The notes: generated from the sequence alone by a model not told the origin. DNA of 24,000 nt from Alkalimonas amylolytica (GCF_900107845.1 NZ_FNRM01000001.1:405209-429208), one strand, 5' to 3'; positions 7,735-16,556 are shown, numbered from the stretch's first letter. A program made the numbers and translations.

Positions 7735-8340
7735 ATGAAAATCATCGCCAAAAGCCTGGCCAAAGGCCTCGCTATCATTCTCCCTTTGGTCATTACCATC
7801 GAGCTTATCCGCTGGTTACTGACCACCATTGAAACCTGGTTGGCGCCAGTGCTGCAGTTGGTTCTGGCACTAGAGTGGTATATACCCGGTATGGCGACCG
7901 CTGCCTTTATTCTGATTTGTATAGCTATTGGGTATAGCGTACGTTGGCAGGGGTTTGCCTGGTTGTGGGAGGTACCTGGACGCATTTTGATGAAACTGCC
8001 AGGCACCAAGCAGGTGTACGGTATTATTCAGGATATGATGGAAGTGATGTCCGGCAAAAATTTTGCCGATGAATCAGTAGTGTTAGTGCAATTGCCACCA
8101 TCAGAGGTTGCCTTGATAGGCATTGTCACCAAAAAAGGTGGCATTGCAGGGGATAAGATGTCTTCATTAATGAATGAAGACCAGCTCGCTGTCTTTATTC
8201 CTATGGCGTACAACATCGGTGGTTACACCATCATCGTGCCCCGCTCCTGCACCACCAACATCGAGATGAAGCCAGCTGAAGCCTTGCAGCTGGTGCTTAG
8301 CGGTGGTTTGGGCTCTGCTAAAATGGCAACAAAAGAATAA
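7735..8340 (+). CDS. DUF502 family membrane protein
   Basis: 201 aa. The N-terminus LAKGLAIILPLVITIELIRWLL, two TM helices and the later PMAYNIGGYTIIVP segment fit the DUF502 layout. Confidence 0.7.
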   Translation: MKIIAKSLAKGLAIILPLVITIELIRWLLTTIETWLAPVLQLVLALEWYIPGMATAAFILICIAIGYSVRWQGFAWLWEVPGRILMKLPGTKQVYGIIQDMMEVMSGKNFADESVVLVQLPPSEVALIGIVTKKGGIAGDKMSSLMNEDQLAVFIPMAYNIGGYTIIVPRSCTTNIEMKPAEALQLVLSGGLGSAKMATKE

Positions 8341-8388
8341 CAACAAGCTGCATAGGCCCATTAAGCACGCTATCAAATGGCAAGTTAT

Positions 8389-9291
8389 CTACGCAGTCAT
8401 TGATAAGAAACGCTGCCGAATGATACCACTGACAGCGGTGAGTGGCACCACGATACTCAGCTCGTACGCCTGGCCAAAATCATCGTCCAGCGCCGCATCG
8501 TCAAACCAGATGGCATTGCCCACACTCAAGTACGATTGCAAAATCGGCGGCAGGCGGCAGCCATAGGGTTTGAGCAGTTGCTGCAGCTGGCGAATGCGCC
8601 CGTTAGGGTCCAGCTTTGCCCAGCCGCGGCTATCCAACGTTTGTCCTGCTGCGTAACTCAGGCCGGTTTTTGCCCTCATCATCGGCTGCGGCGGGGTATA
8701 GAGCTGTTGGCAAAATTGCACCATGCAGGCAATGGCTTCATTACCCAAGCTTTGATAAAGCGAGACATTGCCAAAAAAATACTGCAGCTGTGGGTGGATG
8801 CGGGCCAAGGCTCCCAGCCCGGCCCAAAGCGCAAAGAAACCCAGGGTACGGGCCTTGGCACTGGTATTGACCACCGAGCGGCCCAGTTCAATGCTATAAG
8901 GCAACACCTGGCGACAAAAGGTCGTGCTGTATTCAAACAACTGGCTGGTGCGCAGCAAGGCATGGCCATGCTCTGCCGCTTGCCAGCCTAACTGATACCG
9001 ATAAATAGCCACCACCTCTTGCCGGGCCGGATCCCACACCAGCAACTGGTGATAGGCATGCTCGCCATAATCCAGTGCATCCAGATCGCGCGCGAGGTTA
9101 CGCCCGGCGCCAGCACTGCGAAACATCAATTCGCGCAAACGGCCAATTTCCAGCATGGTCACTGGGATCCTGTCTGCCTGAGCGCTGAATACCAGCAAAC
9201 CGCGCACGCTGGCAATTGGCTTTAGCTGTGCCAGCTCCTGTGCAATCAACTCAGCCGGCTCGGCGGCTGCAACTGGGCTTAACTGCGGCAT
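8389..9291 (-). CDS. GNAT-type N-acyltransferase, OlsB/hemolysin-like (Acetyltransf_5), for N-acyl amino acid/aminolipid synthesis
   Basis: 300 aa. The EIGRLRELMFRSAG...YGEHAYHQLLVWD...IELGRSVV pattern is typical of OlsB-like enzymes. The gene overlaps the upstream acyltransferase gene by 41 nt. Confidence 0.65.
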   Translation of the reverse strand: MPQLSPVAAAEPAELIAQELAQLKPIASVRGLLVFSAQADRIPVTMLEIGRLRELMFRSAGAGRNLARDLDALDYGEHAYHQLLVWDPARQEVVAIYRYQLGWQAAEHGHALLRTSQLFEYSTTFCRQVLPYSIELGRSVVNTSAKARTLGFFALWAGLGALARIHPQLQYFFGNVSLYQSLGNEAIACMVQFCQQLYTPPQPMMRAKTGLSYAAGQTLDSRGWAKLDPNGRIRQLQQLLKPYGCRLPPILQSYLSVGNAIWFDDAALDDDFGQAYELSIVVPLTAVSGIIRQRFLSMTA

Positions 9292-10861
9292 CGGGTGCCT
9301 CCTGATAAATGGTCGGTAATTGATAGCAGCGGCGTTTCAGCCAGGCGATGCGCTGAAGATCGCTGTCGGCCAGAGCGTCCAGTTCAACGGCATGCATCGG
9401 AATATCCACATACAGCCGTGGTGTGCGGTTGGCTGGCTTTAACATTTCCCGCACCAACAACAGCATTTCCAGATTGGCTGTCATGCCAAGCTGATTGCGC
9501 AGCCAGGCCAGGCTATAAAACCAGCGGGAGTTATGATGTTGCAGATGCAACACGGTCAGGCTGCGTTGCTGCCGCCTGGCCAGTGTCACCGCCAGTTTGG
9601 CCCAGGCACCATCATCCAATGTACCTGTAGCCGACTTTCTGGCGGTGCGACCAGCCGGAAAAATCAGCAAAGGCGCATCGCTGGCAAAAGCGGCCTGCAC
9701 CGCCGGGAGTGCATCTTTAGGGCGGGCAAACACCGGGATCGGCACAATGCGCCTGGCCAGCTGCTGCACTTCAGTAAGCGCTTCATTGGCCAGCACCTGC
9801 AAATTTGGATAGCGCTTTTGCAGCACACTGATCAGCAACAAGCCATCAATGCCTCCGGTCGGATGGTTGCAGACAAACACCGGCCTGTCTGCCGCCGCTG
9901 GCCAGCGGCAGGCGATGACGTCCGGAGTTAACTGCAAACGCTGCAGGGCTACATCGCAAAAGCGCTCAACCGGCAGCCGGTTGAGCAGCTCCAACCCCTG
10001 ATTTAACGCCTTTTCCGCCAACAGCCAGCGCAGCAAAGCCCACTGCCAGCCTTTTAGTTGGCTCGCTAGCGTTGGGTTATAGCGGCTAAGCAGGGCCTGC
10101 ACATCCAACCGGCTGCTAAAATAGTCTTCGGATACTGCAGGCTGTTTCAGCGGCAGTTCCAGACAGTGGCTGGCATCCGCCTGATGGGTGGACGGATGCC
10201 CATCCCAATACTGCATGCTGATCTTGCCTGCTTCGATAGTCAGTTGCGTGATGCTGACGGTCTGTACCTGGCTACGCTGCATGGCAATGCCGCTAAAGGC
10301 GCTGAATGGTCCGGGCTGGCGATGCAGTTGCTGCTGGGTTTGCAGTGACGGTGAGCGGGCCATCCCCCGCTGCCAATGCCAGGCTCTGAGCCTTGGGATC
10401 ACCCCAGGTAAAGCACTGGAGCTGGATAACGGCGATGTCGGTGCCAGTTGCTGACGAAGCTGGCTGCCATCCCAATGCCACAGCAGCGGCTCCTGTTGCC
10501 CAACAAAGAGCAGCAAGCGAAAAGGGGCATAGCAGCGTAACTGCTCTGGTTGCAATAAAGCGTCCAGCACTTGCCAGTCCGAGCTATGCGCCAGTGCCCG
10601 TAGTAGCAGACCACGACTGCGGCGGATAGCGGCATCCGGCTGATACGCGGCAGCATAATCGTTGAGCAGACAAAACACCCAGCCTTGCTCATTGGCCGCT
10701 ACCCAGCTGCCACCACCGTCTGGATCGATGGGCATGATGGCGTCCACACCCTGCTGACTAAAGCGCTGGGGCGCATGCGCCCGGGCGCGGATTTTTCGCT
10801 CATCCCGGTTAAACAGGATATGCAGCTGTCCTTGCTGGTACCACCAGCTCAGGGTGCACAT
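9251..10861 (-). CDS. Fusion protein: N-terminal NRDE/TANGO2-family domain plus C-terminal lysophospholipid (PlsC/OlsA-like) acyltransferase
   Basis: Single 536-aa ORF. The N-terminus MCTLSWW...ILFNRDE is the NRDE family hallmark. The C-terminal half carries the acyltransferase blocks VCNHPTGGIDGLLL and LLIFPAGRTAR. Confidence 0.7.
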   Translation of the reverse strand: MCTLSWWYQQGQLHILFNRDERKIRARAHAPQRFSQQGVDAIMPIDPDGGGSWVAANEQGWVFCLLNDYAAAYQPDAAIRRSRGLLLRALAHSSDWQVLDALLQPEQLRCYAPFRLLLFVGQQEPLLWHWDGSQLRQQLAPTSPLSSSSALPGVIPRLRAWHWQRGMARSPSLQTQQQLHRQPGPFSAFSGIAMQRSQVQTVSITQLTIEAGKISMQYWDGHPSTHQADASHCLELPLKQPAVSEDYFSSRLDVQALLSRYNPTLASQLKGWQWALLRWLLAEKALNQGLELLNRLPVERFCDVALQRLQLTPDVIACRWPAAADRPVFVCNHPTGGIDGLLLISVLQKRYPNLQVLANEALTEVQQLARRIVPIPVFARPKDALPAVQAAFASDAPLLIFPAGRTARKSATGTLDDGAWAKLAVTLARRQQRSLTVLHLQHHNSRWFYSLAWLRNQLGMTANLEMLLLVREMLKPANRTPRLYVDIPMHAVELDALADSDLQRIAWLKRRCYQLPTIYQEAPDAAVKPSCSRRAG

Positions 10862-11340
10862 CGTTTGTGATACTCCCGGGTCGAGCTGTGCACGCCAGCC
10901 TCCTCTGGCCAGGGGTAGCCCCAGGGCTCCAGCATGGCATGGATCAACGCCAGATGATGCACCGCATGGCTGGCAACAAAATCCAGCTCGCGCTGCAGGC
11001 TGGTGAAGGTGGTGCCTTCGGCAAATTGATAGCTCAGCTGGGTATCCAGCTCATCGGCTTCCAGGCACTGCAGCCAGGTTTGCAAGCGCTCTATCCAGTG
11101 CAGCGCTTTTTGCGGATCGCTTTGCGTGCCTTCATCGCGCAACCGCAGCCGGTAGTCCAGCTGCTGACTGTCCGATGCCAGCCACAGCTGCTGGTAGTGA
11201 TCCAACACATGACGAATATGCTTGCCGACTGAAGGCTCACCGGGCCAGTCTTTGACCTGCCGGTAATGTTCAGGCTGCACCTGCCGTAGAATAAGACGGA
11301 TTAAGTCCAACTGATGCAGGTTTTGTTCAATCACCGTCAT
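10849..11340 (-). CDS. DinB-family (DinB_2) metal-dependent protein
   Basis: 163 aa with the His triad pattern HIRHVLDHY ... SHAVHHLALI. It overlaps the downstream gene by 13 nt. Confidence 0.7.
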   Translation of the reverse strand: MTVIEQNLHQLDLIRLILRQVQPEHYRQVKDWPGEPSVGKHIRHVLDHYQQLWLASDSQQLDYRLRLRDEGTQSDPQKALHWIERLQTWLQCLEADELDTQLSYQFAEGTTFTSLQRELDFVASHAVHHLALIHAMLEPWGYPWPEEAGVHSSTREYHKRCAP

Positions 11341-11575
11341 GCGATTCTGTCCTTTGAATGGTTAAATCGTTTAGCCGCTGTTTGGCGGCGCTGTAGCTGG
11401 CGACCGAAAATGGCACCAGATAATTAAGCAGGGCCAGTCCAAAGCGCCAGGGCGCTTCGCCGGTAATAGCATCCCATTGATTGATCAGGTTCAGCAAAGT
11501 CCCTACTACCAGCGCCACCTTGATGGCATTTTTGCACACATCGGGGTGGCGCAGTTGTTTCAGCAAGGCTTTCAT
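11327..11575 (-). CDS. nrtS: NrtS-family small membrane protein (putative nitrate/nitrite transporter)
   Basis: 82 aa. AIKVALVVGTLLNLINQWD ... NYLVPFSVASYS matches the NrtS pattern. Its start overlaps the HD-GYP stop (TGATG). Confidence 0.7.
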   Translation of the reverse strand: MKALLKQLRHPDVCKNAIKVALVVGTLLNLINQWDAITGEAPWRFGLALLNYLVPFSVASYSAAKQRLNDLTIQRTESHDGD

Positions 11576-12495
11576 CAGCGTTCAAACCTTACCAACTGCT
11601 CCAGCGGGATATGCGATACCGACTCTTCAATCAACCGCTTAATTAATTGCTTATCCGCTTTAGGTTGCAGTTGTTCGGCCGAAGCTTTGCGACCGGTCGG
11701 CTTGATCGTCCATTGGTCGTGCTCAGCACACAACTCCATCTCGCTGTGACAGACACCACAAGCCAACAGATCACCCGGCTTGTCCTCGCTGTGTTGCAGT
11801 ACCGTCGGGCCACAATGCGGGCAGATATGCAAGGGAATGCCATCATCACTGTGCCCCATAATGGCATTCAGTTCACCTCGTTCAGCCAACACCAGCAACT
11901 GGTTGCACCAGAACTGGTTAAACTGTCGGCCGGACTCGTCACGAAAGATACCAAGCACTTTATCCAGCGGCATCGGCTTGCGGTAGGAGCGTAAACTGGT
12001 CATCGCATCAAAGGCATCACAGACCCCGATGATGGCCGCATCGGTTGGGATCATGCTGGCAGTCAGTCCATGCGGATAACCACGGCCATCCGGCCGCTCA
12101 TGGTGCAACTCGACTGCAGCGGCCACCAGATGCCCCAGCGGATGCCCTGCCAGCATGCGGCCACCAGCCTCCGGGTGCGTTTGGATCACAGCAAACTCAC
12201 TGTCATTCAACTTGCCGGTCTTATTTAAAATTGCATCCGGGATGGCGACTTTGCCCAGATCATGCAAAAAGCCGCCCAGGGTCACCCGGGCGATATCGGC
12301 CTCGGGCAAACCACCGGCTCTGGACAAGAGATTGGCATAACGTGACACCCGCCACAAGTGCCCGCCGGTGTAGGGATCCTTGGCTTCGACAAACCAGGCC
12401 ATCACCATCAGACTGGCCAACAGATCTTTGCTTAACTGACCGGCATCCGCCGGTAACGCTTTTTCTGCTTGAAACTGCTGAAACCATCTGAGCAT
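11575..12495 (-). CDS. HD-GYP domain phosphodiesterase (c-di-GMP) with a C-terminal Cys4 zinc-ribbon-like tail
   Basis: 306 aa with the motifs GGHLWRVSRY, LHDLGKVAIPD and HHERPDGRGYP. The C-terminus carries CPHCG...CGVCH. Confidence 0.85.
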   Translation of the reverse strand: MLRWFQQFQAEKALPADAGQLSKDLLASLMVMAWFVEAKDPYTGGHLWRVSRYANLLSRAGGLPEADIARVTLGGFLHDLGKVAIPDAILNKTGKLNDSEFAVIQTHPEAGGRMLAGHPLGHLVAAAVELHHERPDGRGYPHGLTASMIPTDAAIIGVCDAFDAMTSLRSYRKPMPLDKVLGIFRDESGRQFNQFWCNQLLVLAERGELNAIMGHSDDGIPLHICPHCGPTVLQHSEDKPGDLLACGVCHSEMELCAEHDQWTIKPTGRKASAEQLQPKADKQLIKRLIEESVSHIPLEQLVRFER

Positions 12496-12522
12496 GATAG
12501 CTCCCTGTTAAGTAAACCCTGC

Positions 12523-12975
12523 TTATCTTTTTGCATGAATCTTCAAAAGCTTAGCAAAAGACTCCCGCTTGACTGCATCGGCCAGATCATCTTTGCAAAA
12601 ATACAAAGCCGTGCCAGCCTGCCCGGGCTGGGCAGAACCAATCACCTGCCCAGCGGCAGCAATGGCTGCCGCTGCGTGATGCTGCTGCATCAGATGCAGA
12701 ATAGTCTTTTGCACCCGCTCCAGTGGCAGCAAACTGGCAAACACCACCGGCAGGCTTGGCTTAAGCTGACGTATTGCCAGCAGTATCTCTTCGGCCGATT
12801 GCGGCAGCGGCGACGACAAAGCCAAAGAAATAACGGCAGCATTAGCGTTGGCCAGTTCATCATTCAGCGCATCCAGCTGTGACAGACGGTTAAAACTAAA
12901 GCCCTGCTGCTGCAGAAAAGGAGCCATCTCACTAACAATAAAAGGATGGGGCCTGGCAAGTAAAATATGTGGCAT
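12523..12975 (-). CDS. Hypothetical protein, possibly a degenerate receiver (CheY-like) fold lacking the acceptor Asp
   Basis: 150-aa ORF and first gene of the coupled operon. It shows an alternating beta/alpha-like pattern (HILLAR, AAVISLAL, PVVFASLL). I recognise no catalytic motifs. Confidence 0.5.
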   Translation of the reverse strand: MPHILLARPHPFIVSEMAPFLQQQGFSFNRLSQLDALNDELANANAAVISLALSSPLPQSAEEILLAIRQLKPSLPVVFASLLPLERVQKTILHLMQQHHAAAAIAAAGQVIGSAQPGQAGTALYFCKDDLADAVKRESFAKLLKIHAKR

Positions 12976-13068
12976 GCTGTTTCCTAAGGTTAATTTGTAG
13001 TTGCAATGTCCGGCAAAGGCCTTAGACTGTCTACTGATTAAGCTTAGGAAGTTCTGTTGCTGCCAACA

Positions 13069-13989
13069 ATGACCAAAACACCGGCCTTATCTACCGAAAC
13101 ACCAGAACCCTTAGAACAGTTGTTAGCACAATTGGCTTTTGGCTCGGAGCTACATTTTGAATCTGGCTTTTGTGACTACTGGAACCTGCTCACCACCAAA
13201 TCCAGCAAAGCAGCCCTGCATGTGGTGACGCAGGGCCAACTTTGGATGGCGATTCCTGGTCGGCTTCAGGAACAAGTGCTACTGGAAGCCGGCGATGCTA
13301 TTTTTTTCAGCCACAGTTTCCGGCATTGGCTAAGCGACGAGCCAGTGGATGAACACACCAGCGAAGTCGACTTTGCCAACTTCTGTGTGCCCGATCATGT
13401 TGAACGTGGTCTGGTCTGCTACGACATCGCGGTCGAATCCCCTCTCACCGCCAATCTGTTTCAGGTGATGCCGGACTACATTCACCTGCCTGCCAACCAG
13501 CAATCCGGCCGGCTCAGTCCATTAATCCAGCTGATCCGGCAGGAAGCCCAAGCCCGTCAGCCTGGTTATCAGGCGGCTATCAGTCGCTTGAGCGATGTGG
13601 TGGTGTTGCACTTATTGCGTCAGGTGCTCAGTGACGACAGCATGCAACAAGGCCTGCTGGCGGCACTAAAAGATCCGGCGCTACGCCGGGTGGTGCTGGC
13701 CATCATGGATGAACCGGGCGCTGACTGGACGGTAGAGACCATGGCCGCACTGGCATTTCTGTCCAAAAGCGCCTTTGCCGAGCGCTGCCATAAAGTGATG
13801 GCTATGACGGCCAAGTCCTTGCTGGATGAACTGCGGCTGCAACGCGCACGCTACTTACTGATCCACTCCGAACTGAGCCTGGAACTGATCGCTGAGCAAA
13901 CAGGTTACCAGTCTGCCACTGCCTTTATCCGCTTTTTTAAACAGCATGAAACTCTGTCGCCGGGTGAGTTCAGGACTTTACATGCTTAA
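13069..13989 (+). CDS. AraC-family transcriptional regulator (cupin-type N-domain plus HTH_18)
   Basis: The C-terminal double HTH reads LSKSAFAERCHKVM...IAEQTGYQSATAFIRFFKQHETLSPGEFR. The ATG at 13069 is preferred over the track's TTG at 13057. Confidence 0.85.
   Translation: MTKTPALSTETPEPLEQLLAQLAFGSELHFESGFCDYWNLLTTKSSKAALHVVTQGQLWMAIPGRLQEQVLLEAGDAIFFSHSFRHWLSDEPVDEHTSEVDFANFCVPDHVERGLVCYDIAVESPLTANLFQVMPDYIHLPANQQSGRLSPLIQLIRQEAQARQPGYQAAISRLSDVVVLHLLRQVLSDDSMQQGLLAALKDPALRRVVLAIMDEPGADWTVETMAALAFLSKSAFAERCHKVMAMTAKSLLDELRLQRARYLLIHSELSLELIAEQTGYQSATAFIRFFKQHETLSPGEFRTLHA
13072..13083 (+). repeat. Fourth copy of the ACCAAAACACCG 12-mer, at codons 2-5 of the AraC-family gene
   Basis: Exact match to the 12-mers at 16618-16629 (+) and 16675-16686 (-). 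Confidence 0.6.
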
Positions 13990-13998
13990 ACTGCGATT

Positions 13999-14529
13999 TT
14001 AACGATCCAGCTTAACAACACGATCCAGCGAAAGCACACCGGGCCCACGAGCCAACAGGAGCAATAGGACACCAGCCCACCAGGCGGCCGGATTCCAAAA
14101 ATGCGCCCAATCCGGATACACCGCCAGCTGAATAAAGAGCGTCATGCCCAGCAGGCCGAAGGCGGCAAAACGAGTGAGCAGCCCCAGGATCAACAGCAGT
14201 GGCAAGAATACCTCCACCACACCGGCCGTCACCGCCATGGTTTCAGCCAGCCAGATGCCCAAACCACCTTCCGTGTACTCCAGCGTTTCAGGATTACACA
14301 GCAATAAAGCGCCGGGCCGCACCGGATCGGGGCAAAAGAATTCATACATAAAGAGTTCATACTTGTTGGCATCAAATTGCAGAAAACCATCCCATTTCGA
14401 CAGCCCGGACATTAAAAATACTCTGGCAGCCAACAAGCGCAGGGCCAACAGGGCAAAGGGCTCCAGCCAGCGCTCCAACCCTATTGCCATGCGGTGGTAG
14501 TAGCTTGTGAAAGCGCTCAATAATTTCAT
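13999..14529 (-). CDS. DoxX-family membrane protein, last gene of the bufferin-type operon
   Basis: 176 aa with a four-TM pattern and RVFLMSGLSKW typical of DoxX. ATGA overlap with the upstream DUF2063 gene. Confidence 0.75.
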   Translation of the reverse strand: MKLLSAFTSYYHRMAIGLERWLEPFALLALRLLAARVFLMSGLSKWDGFLQFDANKYELFMYEFFCPDPVRPGALLLCNPETLEYTEGGLGIWLAETMAVTAGVVEVFLPLLLILGLLTRFAAFGLLGMTLFIQLAVYPDWAHFWNPAAWWAGVLLLLLARGPGVLSLDRVVKLDR

Positions 14530-15317
14530 CGATTCCTCTCCTTAGTGTGACACAGCAGGCCCTGCGCCAGTGCATTAGCAAAACAGGTACTAAGATCAAA
14601 GCTGTCATCCACTGCAAGTGCAGCGGCAGCCGCCTCCCCCAGTGGGCAGTTCCCGTTGCTAATGGCCTGGAAAAAGGCCCACTCCGCGGCATTCAGCTGG
14701 CGGTGTTGCAGGCTAAAGTCAGCCTGGCGCCACAGCAGACGCTGACTGTGCTGCAAAAACACCGGCGCATGATCCGGACTACCGAGCTGATGGCGCTTTT
14801 GCAACCATAAGTCCCAGACAGTAAAGTTGCTTTCCAGCAGTTGCACACAGGGCCGCAACCCCAGCCGCAGCGTCTGAATATCCTGTCCTTGCTCAGCCAG
14901 CAGCGCCAGCTGCTCCGAACGGATGGCAGCCTGCTCGGCGGCCAGCACGCTATTTAGCCAACATCGCTCCAGCCGGGCTAAATCGGCCAGCCAGGGGCAA
15001 TGATGCTGGGACAAACACTGCTGCAGCCAATCCGGAAACTGCTGCCCATACCAGGCCAGTACTGCATGAGCCGGCCGGTGCTCAAGCACATAAGCCCGTA
15101 CCAGCTGTCGCAACTGCTCCGGTGGCAGCAGTGCCTGACAGACAGGGAAATTATCCAACACCGCCTGCACCGAGGCTTTGATGCTGCTGTTACGATACAC
15201 CAAGAGCCGCCGCCATTTCGTTGGTGGCTCTGCCAACCAGGGTGCCAGCCGGGCTGCCTTCTCACCTTGCAAAAACTCGACAAACTGGGTTTGGAACAGC
15301 AAATCAGCCGGCTGCAT
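14526..15317 (-). CDS. bufC: DUF2063 protein (BufC/HvfC-type partner of the MNIO enzyme)
   Basis: 263 aa, Leu/Gln/Trp-rich, with the LLVYRNS motif typical of DUF2063. It sits between the DUF692 and DoxX genes with overlapping stops and starts. Confidence 0.7.
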   Translation of the reverse strand: MQPADLLFQTQFVEFLQGEKAARLAPWLAEPPTKWRRLLVYRNSSIKASVQAVLDNFPVCQALLPPEQLRQLVRAYVLEHRPAHAVLAWYGQQFPDWLQQCLSQHHCPWLADLARLERCWLNSVLAAEQAAIRSEQLALLAEQGQDIQTLRLGLRPCVQLLESNFTVWDLWLQKRHQLGSPDHAPVFLQHSQRLLWRQADFSLQHRQLNAAEWAFFQAISNGNCPLGEAAAAALAVDDSFDLSTCFANALAQGLLCHTKERNR

Positions 15318-16191
15318 GCAGAACCTCCTGGTAAGGCTGCAGCACTTTTGCTACCCGAGCCCGCTGCCGCAACAGCTCTTGTAAGGTAGGGATCTGATCA
15401 TCCCACTCCAGCAACACCGGCCTGGCACCAAAGCGTTGCAAGGCATAGTCCAGTAACTGCAGCACAGCTTGGTTCGGTGGATGATCATGGCTATCAATCA
15501 ACAGGGCATCCCCTTCCACCGGATCAGCCGAGTAACCGGCAATATGCAGCTCCCCCACCAACTGAGGCGGGATCTGATCCAAATACTGCCGGGCATCCTC
15601 GGCGCAATTGTTCTGGCTCAGATACAAATTGGTGATATCCAGCAGCAAGCCGCAGCCAGTGCGCCGGCACAGCTCCGTCATAAAGGCTGGTTCCGGCATC
15701 TGCTGCTTCAGACGCAGGTAATGGGTTGGATTCTCCAGCAAGATAGGTCTGGCCACCGCCTCCTGATACTGCTGCACCTTGCTGCACAACTGCTGCAAAG
15801 CCAGCTCTGAACGCGGCATGGGCAACAGATCAGCAAAATAGGCCTGGTCAAAAGCGGACCAGACCGCATGCTCAGAAATCAACGCTGGCTTGATTTGCTG
15901 CACCAGAGCCCGCACCCACTGCAAATGCTGTGGGTTCAATGGCTCCGGCCCGGCCAGCGATGCCCCGACCCCATGCAAGCTGATGGGGTAGTGCTCGGCC
16001 ATCTGCTGCAACGCCGCCAGGCGGGCACCGCCGATAGCGCAAAAGTTTTCCGTATGCGCTTCAAACCAAAGATCGGCCTGCTCCGCTGTCAGCACCTCGG
16101 GGCTGAGCACTTCCGGATAGTGCTGCAGTTTCAGGCTGATGCCAGTAGCAAGCAACTCTGGTGGCAGGCTGTCTGCGTGAAAGTCTGCCAT
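15304..16191 (-). CDS. bufB: DUF692 / MNIO (multinuclear non-heme iron oxidative) enzyme, bufferin maturase type
   Basis: 295 aa. GISLKLQHY, SLHGVGASL, ISEHAVWS, LLENP and GELHIAGY fit the DUF692 TIM-barrel pattern. It lies directly downstream of a DUF2282 precursor gene. Confidence 0.8.
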   Translation of the reverse strand: MADFHADSLPPELLATGISLKLQHYPEVLSPEVLTAEQADLWFEAHTENFCAIGGARLAALQQMAEHYPISLHGVGASLAGPEPLNPQHLQWVRALVQQIKPALISEHAVWSAFDQAYFADLLPMPRSELALQQLCSKVQQYQEAVARPILLENPTHYLRLKQQMPEPAFMTELCRRTGCGLLLDITNLYLSQNNCAEDARQYLDQIPPQLVGELHIAGYSADPVEGDALLIDSHDHPPNQAVLQLLDYALQRFGARPVLLEWDDQIPTLQELLRQRARVAKVLQPYQEVLHAAG

Positions 16192-16556
16192 CAGGGATTG
16201 TTGCGATCCAGCTCAGAGGTGGATGCCGGACCATGCGGCGTCACAATGTACTCACAGGTACCTCGTGGCGTGTAAGTCCAGGCATTGCCCTGAAAATCGA
16301 CCGTGGACGTCCCTTCACAGCTGGTGCCAGCTCCGGCCCGGCAATCGTTCTGCCCCGCCAGGGCAATGCCATAGCATTTGTCACGGCGGCCCCGTACCCG
16401 CTCGCCGGCCATCCATTTCTCAAAGTTTTGTTGCACTGACTCAGGCGCATTTTCTGCCAGGCTAAGCTGAGCATTCGGTCCAGCCTGTGCCACACCCACC
16501 ACACTGGCCATAGCCACACCTGCCAGCAGTAATTTGGTTAAATTAGGTTGTTTCAT
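16191..16556 (-). CDS. bufA: DUF2282 BufA1-type bufferin precursor peptide (exported, 4 Cys)
   Basis: 121 aa with Sec signal peptide [17 protein letters not shown]. The core [43 protein letters not shown] matches the DUF2282 Cys pattern. Confidence 0.85.
   Translation of the reverse strand: MKQPNLTKLLLAGVAMASVVGVAQAGPNAQLSLAENAPESVQQNFEKWMAGERVRGRRDKCYGIALAGQNDCRAGAGTSCEGTSTVDFQGNAWTYTPRGTCEYIVTPHGPASTSELDRNNP

Noticed and set aside
7605-8009. 134-aa minus-strand ORF and the repeated CTTCAA(G) motifs at 7601-7640
   Set aside because: The ORF overlaps the well-formed DUF502 gene on the other strand. The CCTTCAA duplication is simply a duplicated Shine-Dalgarno-like GAAGG on the minus strand ahead of the binding-protein start.
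8536-16519. Many 60-150-aa ORFs antisense to or overlapping the GC-rich genes (e.g. 8536..8991, 9295..9630, 9533..9931, 10867..11232, 12045..12491, 14144..14500, 15000..15389, 15868..16275, 16241..16519)
   Set aside because: These are typical shadow ORFs of GC-rich coding sequence. Their products are Arg/Pro/Ala/Gln-rich and low-complexity. They have no ribosome-binding sites and each is fully covered by a longer ORF with recognisable family motifs.
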